A stretch of 32,852 nt of DNA, taken from the NCBI GenBank assembly GCA_008080735.1, contig SHMW01000049.1, positions 1 through 32,852 of the forward strand, given 5' to 3'. Made by a program: the position numbers and the translations under genes. The notes under the pieces were generated by a model. It made no database searches. It saw only the letters and a program-made list of their open reading frames with translations, and was not told the DNA's origin. Every line of letters begins with the position of its first letter. Positions within the stretch are counted from its first letter, which is position 1. Origin of the DNA: Promethearchaeota archaeon (GTDB lineage Archaea; Asgardarchaeota; Lokiarchaeia; Sigyniarchaeales; SOKP01). Positions 10,387-17,881 of the stretch are shown piece by piece.

Positions 10387-11889
10387 TTATACTTTAATAT
10401 GAACTCCATTTTCTTTTAATTCTCTGAGAATATCGGGTGGTTTTGAAAAATTATTAAAATTCAGATATAAGGATTTTAGATTTCTAAGGTTTTTTATTGT
10501 CTCTGGGATTTCACTGAGATTATTTCGCCATAAATTCAATTCTTCTAAGGAATCCAAACACCCAATCCAGGCGGGAAGATTTTCAATTTGGTTCCAGCTC
10601 AAATTGAGTACTTTCAGATTTTTGAGATGTATTAGATTTTCGGGCAACATTTTTAATTGATTATTTCTGAGATTCAACTCTTCCAAAGAGTCAATTTCAC
10701 CGAAAATCGAAGGAAAATGTTGCAGATGATTATCATAAATGTTAAAGACCTTCAAGCATTCTAATTCTCTAATCCAATCGGGAACCCTAGATATATTATT
10801 GCGACCAAGGCTCAACTTTTCTATTTTTTTACATTTCCCAATAAAATGAGGGATTTTGTGAAATCGATTCCATCCCAAATCTAAATAGAGTAGGGATTCC
10901 AATTTTTCAAAATTTTTGGGTAAAGATGACAATTTATTATGGTAAAGATCTAATATTTTTAGTCTCTTTAAAACCCCAATCGAACTTGGCAACGCTCTTA
11001 GAAGATTATCTCTTAATATTAAGATCTCCAATGATTCCAATTTTTTTAAGGAATTTGGTAAAGATTTAAGCTTATTTGATTTTAAGATGAGTTTTTTTAA
11101 CTTTTTCAGAGATCCTATTGAATTTGGTAAGGAATATAATCGATTATAACTCAGATCAATGATTTCAAGATAATTTTCTTTTGGGAAACGGATTTCTAAT
11201 TGTAAGAGATCATTATTACTGATGTCGAGATGTTTTAATAGAGAAAGAGAAAGGATCTGTTGGAGAGATTTAGATACTTTATTCGATCGTAAACCTTGAG
11301 TATCTATTCCTGAGAGATCTAACTTCACAATCTCCCCTTTTTCATTTTCTTCAAATTTTAAATAGCCTAATTTAAGTTTTAATGAAGAGATGATATAATA
11401 ATTAATTAAAATCTCCGCCAGTTGTTTAGTGTTGAAATTTTGATATAATCCATCCTCGATTATTTCTTTTAAATTATATTTATACTGCTTTCCATCAATA
11501 GTATTTATATTATCAAGTAAGATCTGTTTTGATTCCTCCGTTTCAATTTCCCCTAATATTGAGAGAATAGCTATTGTACATGCTAACGTTTTTTCATTCA
11601 TTAATGCCCATTTTAGTGGCTTAAGTGATTTTTCCAAAAATAATTTTTTAAGCGTCTTGGCGCAAAGAGCCCGAACTTTTTCGCTTGAATCGGAAATCAA
11701 ACTATTTTCAAGGACTTGATATATTTTATCTGAATTTATGTTTAATTTGTTAATTATTTGGATAGTCTCTAACCTATCTATTTCCTTTTTAGAACGCTCA
11801 AGCAAAAAGACTAAAGAGTTTTTCATAGACTCATAATCTATAATTCCCTTTTCAAAGTTGTTAAGAATTTCTTTAGCATTTAAACTCAT
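10387..11889 (-). CDS. HEAT-like N-terminus plus leucine-rich repeat protein (paralog 1)
   Basis: 23-aa LRRs; N-terminal VLENSLISDSSEKVRALCAK...LKWALMNE. Confidence 0.9.
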   Translation of the reverse strand: MSLNAKEILNNFEKGIIDYESMKNSLVFLLERSKKEIDRLETIQIINKLNINSDKIYQVLENSLISDSSEKVRALCAKTLKKLFLEKSLKPLKWALMNEKTLACTIAILSILGEIETEESKQILLDNINTIDGKQYKYNLKEIIEDGLYQNFNTKQLAEILINYYIISSLKLKLGYLKFEENEKGEIVKLDLSGIDTQGLRSNKVSKSLQQILSLSLLKHLDISNNDLLQLEIRFPKENYLEIIDLSYNRLYSLPNSIGSLKKLKKLILKSNKLKSLPNSLKKLESLEILILRDNLLRALPSSIGVLKRLKILDLYHNKLSSLPKNFEKLESLLYLDLGWNRFHKIPHFIGKCKKIEKLSLGRNNISRVPDWIRELECLKVFNIYDNHLQHFPSIFGEIDSLEELNLRNNQLKMLPENLIHLKNLKVLNLSWNQIENLPAWIGCLDSLEELNLWRNNLSEIPETIKNLRNLKSLYLNFNNFSKPPDILRELKENGVHIKV

Positions 11890-11962
11890 TTCTTAAGAAT
11901 AGCTAAGTGAATAGTAAATTAAATTATTTTATATCTCTCTCTCAAGTCTAATTTTGGGATAT

Positions 11963-13192
11963 CTAAGCTACTCCCGGCTTCATGCAACATTTCTTATATT
12001 TATCTCCACTTCCACAGGGACATGGGTCATTCCGTCCAAATTTAACTGAGATTTTACAATCTCTCTTTGGTATATTTCGCTCTAAACGAATTTTTTTTGC
12101 TAGATTTTCAAAAGAAGGTAATGTATGAGCATAGAACTTTTTCCATCCCTTGCATAAAACACTCAGAGTCTTTGGATTGTTAATATTACCTGGACGATTT
12201 TTCTGACAATCTCCATAACAGATATTTAGGAAAGGACATCTTTTACATTCTTCATTTAATATCGACTTATTAGAGCCAAATTTTTTGTAGACCGGGGAAC
12301 TTAAGAAATCTTCCCATTCCCCAGTATTAATATTACCCAGATATAAATCATCTCTAACAAAAAAGTCGCATGGATATACTCCTCCATCATGTTCTACTAC
12401 GAAATATTGACAACAGTTATTGTTCATATAGCATACATGAGTCTCCCCATATATTAGATATTCCAATATTGAGTCGAAGAGTCGTACAGAGACCCGATAT
12501 TTATCTTTTTTGATCCAGAGATCAAAGATCTTACAGAGAAAATCCCCCCATTGTTCCCCAGTTATCGAGAAGGGAAGAGGATCATTGTTTTGGTCGAATT
12601 CTATACATGGAATATACTGGTGATAATAAAAATTATTATCTAACATGTACCTATAGATTTTTTCTGGTTGTCTAACACCCTTAGCATTCACGAGCATTAA
12701 TATATTGAATTGCACGTCATATTTTTTTAGGTTCTTAATTCCTTTCATAACCAGAGAATGTGTGTTTTTATCACCTATGGTTTTTCTATAATGATTATGG
12801 AGCTCGGGTGGTCCATCTAGACTCATACCAATCAAAAATTTATATTGAGCAAAAAATTTAGCCATTTCATCTGTGATTAGCGTTCCGTTTGTCTGTAATC
12901 CATTGCTGACCAGTGCTCCGCTATGTCCATACCTTTGCTGATATTTTACCACATTTTTAAAAAAATCCACCCCCATCAGGGTCGGTTCCCCGCCTTGCCA
13001 TCCGAAAGCATAATTCCCATTTTGATTTGTTCTCATATAACTTGAAATCATTCGCTCTAAAGTCTCATCTAACATCCGTGGTTTAGGATCTTGAATATCC
13101 AGATGATCAATATAAAAACAGTATTTACAGCGTAGATTACAGTCTGCCCCAGCAGGTTTAACCAAGAGGGAAAAGGGCTTATAATTACTCAT
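11963..13192 (-). CDS. Anaerobic sulfatase maturase (radical SAM/SPASM) with C-terminal SEC-C motif
   Basis: VKPAGADCNLRCKYCFY (CxxxCxxC), WQGGEPTLMG, GLQTNGTL, SLDGP, SPASM cysteines (GGVYPCDFFV, CKRCPFLNICYGDC), GRNDPCPCGSGDKYKKCC. Confidence 0.9.
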   Translation of the reverse strand: MSNYKPFSLLVKPAGADCNLRCKYCFYIDHLDIQDPKPRMLDETLERMISSYMRTNQNGNYAFGWQGGEPTLMGVDFFKNVVKYQQRYGHSGALVSNGLQTNGTLITDEMAKFFAQYKFLIGMSLDGPPELHNHYRKTIGDKNTHSLVMKGIKNLKKYDVQFNILMLVNAKGVRQPEKIYRYMLDNNFYYHQYIPCIEFDQNNDPLPFSITGEQWGDFLCKIFDLWIKKDKYRVSVRLFDSILEYLIYGETHVCYMNNNCCQYFVVEHDGGVYPCDFFVRDDLYLGNINTGEWEDFLSSPVYKKFGSNKSILNEECKRCPFLNICYGDCQKNRPGNINNPKTLSVLCKGWKKFYAHTLPSFENLAKKIRLERNIPKRDCKISVKFGRNDPCPCGSGDKYKKCCMKPGVA

Positions 13193-13310
13193 TTCTTTTT
13201 GTTTATATTTCTAAGGTTTATTCTACAGATAACGGAGTTATTGGAATAACTTAAAATTTTTTCTTATAATAGAAATTTAATCTTGAAAAAGTGTTATAAA
13301 GAATAGCGGA

Positions 13311-13322
13311 AAACATAGGTGG
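13311..13322 (-). promoter_or_regulatory. Candidate 3'-UTR splint (CCACCUAUGUUU) complementary to both exon flanks of the AMP phosphorylase intron
   Basis: + strand aaacataggtgg equals 5'-exon AAACAT joined to 3'-exon AGGTGG; it lies 29-40 nt after the TGA stop. Confidence 0.4.
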
Positions 13323-13350
13323 CGAGAAAATCTCCTATAGGAATAATAGA

Positions 13351-14922
13351 TCATATTCTTTCGATTAACATTCCACCAAGAATTATCGGTCCGCCTGTGC
13401 TGTTATAAATTTTTCTGGCACGCCTTAATTTATTTTCGCTATTCGAATATATCGTAAAAATCTTTTCCCCTTTTTCAATTTTGGCACCTTGTTTTCTATA
13501 GATCTCAACCCCCGAAGTTTTCGCATAAGGACATCCGGCTGCCTTCGCGATTTGGTTAATTATGGCATTATCAACCTCAGTGATGTGCCCTGATTTATTT
13601 GAATAAAAATCTTTCTGGTATGGGCCTAATTCGATATCATCCGGTTGGATATCCGGATCTCCCCCTTGAAGTTCAATTATATCTCTCATTTTTTTATACG
13701 CATTTCCCGATTGCAAGATCTGTTTTGCCAGGGTTTGGCCTTCACCTCTCTGTGCTTTACCGCCCATTTCTAGGAGAATTCCGGCTAAAGATGTGGATTT
13801 TTCTATAAGGGAATTGGGTCCCACATTGTAATCCAATAGTAACCTTAATGCTTCTTTCGCCTCAATGGCGGGCCCAACTGCGTGCCCTATTGGTTGATGT
13901 GCTAAAGTGAGAGCACATTCTGCTTTAACGCCAAAATTGCTAGCAATTTGTTTAAATACGTGAGCAAATTCTTTACCCCGTGATGGAGTGGAGAATTTTG
14001 TACCCTCTCCAACAGGGATATCTAAAACTAAACCAGCATTTACTCCCATCGCAATTTTCTTGGCTAATATCGAAGGAATCATCAGTCCCCATGGATCATA
14101 ATGAAGTGGTCGCTCCACTTCGATAAGAACATTATCAGCGGGCGCAATATCTAAAGCTCCTCCCCAAATGATACACGCATTCAATTCGGACACCATTTTC
14201 TCCACTTCCTCGGAGGTAAACGTGACAGGTGCCAGAACTTCCATCGAATCCGCAGTTCCAGAAGGAGAGGTAATCGCTCTCGTACTGGTTTTTGGAATAA
14301 TCAAACCCGCAGCAGCAACTATGGGAACAATGATTAAGGAGACTTTGTTGCCCGGAACTCCACCTGTTAGCTATATTTACTAAATGTAACTATATGTGCT
14401 ATGTTTATCAAAAACTTCCGGACCAAAATTAAATTTCTCCCCACTTTCGGCTTCTGCTAAGGTTAAAGCGGTCATTTCTTCATTATCCGCACCATTTATT
14501 GCGATACCCGTAATGAAGGAGGCAAGTTCTATTTTTGATAAACTGCCCGAGACCGCATCATTGATAATCCTATTTATCTCATCCCCGCTTAATTTGTGAT
14601 TGTTGATCTTCTTCTTAATGTATTTATAAGAATCTGGAGGTTCTGAGGGTTTTACAGACACTTCATCTCCCTCATTCATATGTTCATAATCTCTTAGAGT
14701 ATTCTCAAAGATTCCAATCTCACCTGACGCCAAAATTGCATCAGAATGAGCAATTTGGACGATAGCGACCCAGAATTTATCATTTAGTCTTTCTGTGGCC
14801 ACATTCTTTATAGTGACACGTTCTCCTGCTTTTTGCCCTAACTTGGCCGCATCTTTATAATTTAGTACTACATCTTTGGTATTACTAGTTTCAAAATTAA
14901 TTTTTTTTACTTTCAGTCTCAT
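13351..14922 (-). CDS. deoA: AMP phosphorylase (thymidine phosphorylase family), interrupted by a 30-nt candidate intron; spliced product 513 aa
   Basis: The two track ORFs (14380-14922 and 13351-14304) are in one frame. Removing 14366-14395 gives [53 protein letters not shown]; also IWGGALDIAPAD, SILAKK, VLDIPVGEGTK, QPIGHAVGPAIEA. Confidence 0.93.
14366..14395 (-). other. Candidate archaeal BHB-type mRNA intron (30 nt, AUAUAGUUACAUUUAGUAAAUAUAGCUAAC)
   Basis: Central helix UAGC(14401-14398)/GCUA(14371-14368); two ACA bulges (14397-14395 and 14367-14365); inner stem UAUA-G-UUAC/GUAA-A-UAUA; three in-frame stops; cutting after nucleotide 2 of each bulge restores AGC ACA GGU. Confidence 0.8.
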
Positions 14923-14968
14923 TTTTGTTGGTAAAATTTCTTTCTAATGAGAATAAGACAAAATATAT

Positions 14969-16288
14969 TTATAATTTTATTGAAATGGGGAAGGATTTGG
15001 TCTCCTCAACAACTTTTTGATCCGGATCTTCATACTTCAATTTGACTTTTATTTCTGATTCTGCTGCCTCAATGGGCCTTGCATTAATTTCCCACCTAAT
15101 ATTCTCATTTGATCTAAGCGAATAAATCTGTTTTTCTGTGGTTCCCCTTCTCAATTGGAGAGTCTCGGGTAATTCAATCTGAATCTCTAAATTAGAAGCC
15201 TCTCCATCGCTATTATTCTCAATAAGAATCTCAAGGGGAAAGGTCTGATCTATTAATGGGGGTTTGAGATTTTTTATCGCCACATCTAAATAGGTGGGCG
15301 GTGCTGTAAGCTCTATGCTATGTTTCCCTTTATCTTCAATAAAGCATAATAAGGAATGATTTATTTTACATTTCAATTTAAATGGACCGACAAAGCAGTT
15401 TTCAACTTGAAAATGAGGTTTTAATACCAATTGAAATTGGAGAGTTTGTCCGGGAATTAAACTAACCGGCAAATCTGGTTTGGTTTGGATAGTGAGATTA
15501 TCAGATTGATCCATTCGGTATTCGGATATTGTAAATTCTAAAATTGGATAATCATAAAAAGTATTTTTAGCTATGGTTTCTAAGATACTTCCATCTATTT
15601 TTACATCAATTCCAACTAATTCACGGGTGGTGTATGTTTTTTGGTCAAAAATTAGTTCTGGAGTGAGATTGGACTGTATCTCGGCCAATAAGATAGCAAT
15701 CTTTGCGAGTTTCAATTCGATTTCGTTAAGGTTGATTTTTTTGAAATCTTCAATTATTTTTTCTATATATACTGGCTTTTTATCACGAATAGCAATTGTT
15801 AAGTTGGTGGCTAAATGAATTAGGGGATTTTCTTTGAAAAAATCATCTTTAACCATCTTACGAATTTTTTTAAGTAATTGTAATCCTTTATCGGGGTTAC
15901 CTAACACAAAATAACACAAGAATGATAATGATGACAAAACCATATAATAATCTTCCCGAGTACTCGATGATTTCAGTTTTTTCAAATACTCTAAGGATTT
16001 ATTAAACAGAGTCTGTGCATATTCGTATTTTTCTTGATGGAGGGAGGCATCAGCAGCCTTCCGTAGCGAATCTAACACATCAATATGTCTATCATCTTGT
16101 AGATATGAATTTGCTGCTTTAAAATATGCCTCCTCGGCAGATGCATAATCTTTTATCTCTATATAGTTTTCCCCTGCGGATGTGAAATATTTCCCTGCCT
16201 TTTTATACTGAAGCGCATCGAATAATTGCTCTGCTTTTTCAAAATCACTATCCGCTTTCTCATCTGGATCTTTTCCGAAACTAAACAT
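14969..16288 (-). CDS. TPR/alpha-SNAP-like helical repeat protein with C-terminal Ig-like beta-sandwich domains
   Basis: YKKAGKYFTSAGENYIEIKDYASAEEAYFKAANSY helical repeats; C-terminal FPLEILIENNSDGEASNLEIQIELP...IRWEINARP...IKVKLKYED pattern typical of Ig-like folds. Confidence 0.6.
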   Translation of the reverse strand: MFSFGKDPDEKADSDFEKAEQLFDALQYKKAGKYFTSAGENYIEIKDYASAEEAYFKAANSYLQDDRHIDVLDSLRKAADASLHQEKYEYAQTLFNKSLEYLKKLKSSSTREDYYMVLSSLSFLCYFVLGNPDKGLQLLKKIRKMVKDDFFKENPLIHLATNLTIAIRDKKPVYIEKIIEDFKKINLNEIELKLAKIAILLAEIQSNLTPELIFDQKTYTTRELVGIDVKIDGSILETIAKNTFYDYPILEFTISEYRMDQSDNLTIQTKPDLPVSLIPGQTLQFQLVLKPHFQVENCFVGPFKLKCKINHSLLCFIEDKGKHSIELTAPPTYLDVAIKNLKPPLIDQTFPLEILIENNSDGEASNLEIQIELPETLQLRRGTTEKQIYSLRSNENIRWEINARPIEAAESEIKVKLKYEDPDQKVVEETKSFPISIKL

Positions 16289-16420
16289 ATTTAATATATC
16301 TAAATTAATTTAACAATAAAAAGTAAAACAAATGTGAAAAATTTTGTTTTATGAATATAAATTTTAAAAAGCTTTAAAAATTAAAAATCTAAAACATACA
16401 AATCGAAACAACTGATAAAT

Positions 16421-17260
16421 ATGGAAGTAATCTATGGATTTATCGCAATTTTTTTTATTGGAGCGCTTAGTTTGATTGGAATCTTTATGATCTCATTAAA
16501 AGAAAAAACTTTAGATAGCATACTTTTTGTTTTAGTTGCATTCGCAACGGGCACTATATTAGCAACCGCATTATTTGATCTTATCCCAGAATCTCTTCAT
16601 CATCTCGAGGAATTAATTGACGAGGGTGCCAGTTTATCCGAAAATTTTGTATTTGGGTTCATTATTCTAGGTTATGTGGTGTTCTTTATTATCGAGCGGT
16701 TCATTTACTGGTTCCACGGACATGCACATCAAAAAGAAAACGAATATGTGTGTTATGATACGGTATCTGAGAATTTGGACATGCCAGTTGAAAAAGGGCC
16801 AAAAATCAAAAATTTTGCCTTACTTAACCTCATTGGTGATGGACTGCATAATTTTTTGGATGGGGTAATAATTATTGTTGCCTTTACGACAAGTATAGGA
16901 AGTGGTATTGTTATCACACTGGCGGTTCTATTCCATGAACTCCCCCAAGAAGTGGGAGATTTTGGTATCCTTTTATATGGCGGATTTTCACGGACAAAAG
17001 CATTGTTATTCAACTTCCTTAGCGCGATGATCGCATTATTGGGGGGCTTATTTGCCTTGTTTGTCACTGGATTAGTTGAAACGTTTAATTTATTCTTTTT
17101 GGCATTCTCCGGGGGAGGATTCTTATACCTTGCCAGTACTGAATTAATGCCAGAGCTGTTAAAGCAAAAGAAAATGAAAAAGTCTATCACTCAAGCTCTG
17201 ATTTTTTTAGCTGGAATTATAGTAATAATCCTACTCGTTTACATTCTTCCCCATGAGTAA
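16421..17260 (+). CDS. ZIP family (ZupT-like) metal transporter
   Basis: Multiple TM segments, His-rich loop HGHAH, GDGLHNFLDG and LFHELPQEVGDFGIL signatures. Confidence 0.93.
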   Translation: MEVIYGFIAIFFIGALSLIGIFMISLKEKTLDSILFVLVAFATGTILATALFDLIPESLHHLEELIDEGASLSENFVFGFIILGYVVFFIIERFIYWFHGHAHQKENEYVCYDTVSENLDMPVEKGPKIKNFALLNLIGDGLHNFLDGVIIIVAFTTSIGSGIVITLAVLFHELPQEVGDFGILLYGGFSRTKALLFNFLSAMIALLGGLFALFVTGLVETFNLFFLAFSGGGFLYLASTELMPELLKQKKMKKSITQALIFLAGIIVIILLVYILPHE

Positions 17261-17345
17261 AAAAGGCAAACTCAAGTCTAATTATTTATTAAATTTAGAT
17301 ATTAAACCTATGAAAAAAATTTAAGAATAAAAATAGTAAAATCTG

Positions 17346-17412
17346 ACCGAATACCTGTGCAAGGTTGTCATCTTACGACTAAAATTTGCTCGAAAGAGTC
17401 ATCCTATTCGGT
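17346..17412 (-). promoter_or_regulatory. Eukaryote-like SECIS element
   Basis: Minus strand ACCGAAUAGG-AUGAC-UCUUUCGA-GCAAAUUUUAG-UCGUAAGA-UGAC-AACCUUGCACAGG-UAUUCGGU: AUGA/GA quartet core, helix II, apical AAA 11 nt after the UGA, lower helix ACCGAAUA/UAUUCGGU; overlaps the mvhD stop. Confidence 0.8.
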
Positions 17413-17877
17413 TTTTTTCTTTTTTCCTTTATTAGAATCTTTTTCTTCCTTTTGTTTTGATTCTTTAAAAGGGCTGCTGCCTAATTTTTCAATCTCTTCC
17501 GATATACGTGTGACTTCTTGTTGGAATCTCTGTCCTTCTGCCGCACTACAATGAAACATCTGTATTCGTTCGGGCTCGATGCCCATGGAGCTGATGATTT
17601 CTCTCACGTAATTTACATTTCTCTCAGCTACATAGTTGCCCGTTTCATAATCACATTCTCCGGGATATCATCCAGCAACTATTACTCCATCAGCTCCTTT
17701 TCCTATCGCACGCATCATTAAACTCGGAGTGACTCTACCAGTACAATTGATACGAATTGGGCGAATAGTTGCGGGGTATTGTGCTCGGATGGTTCCTGCC
17801 ATATCTCCAGCCCCATAACCTCACTTCCAACACATGAAACTAATTATTTTTAGGTTATTTTCTGTAATATTGTCCAC
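17404..17877 (-). CDS. mvhD: F420-non-reducing hydrogenase iron-sulfur subunit D (MvhD/VhuD), selenoprotein with 2 Sec
   Basis: Manual translation KIISFMCWK(U)GYGAGDMAGTIRAQYPATIRPIRINCTGRV...GADGVIVAG(U)YPGECDYETGNY. TGA at 17823-17821 and 17670-17668 fall on conserved MvhD Cys. Start is GTG 17877 or ATT 17868. Confidence 0.9.
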
Positions 17878-17881
17878 CTCT

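Noticed and set aside
14366-14395. Insert as a spliceosomal, group I/II intron, intein or IS footprint
   Set aside because: No GT-AG ends, far too short for a ribozyme, and it contains stops so it is not an intein. The ACA direct repeat could mimic a 3-bp target duplication, but it coincides exactly with the two BHB bulges and no transposase is present in the window.
13351-14922. Reading AMP phosphorylase as two genes, a decayed pseudogene, or a Sec/Pyl readthrough
   Set aside because: All three stops lie inside one 30-nt in-frame insert, include TAA, and readthrough would leave 10 extra residues in the catalytic motif. Exact BHB geometry explains the data better, though a pseudogene cannot be excluded without RNA data.
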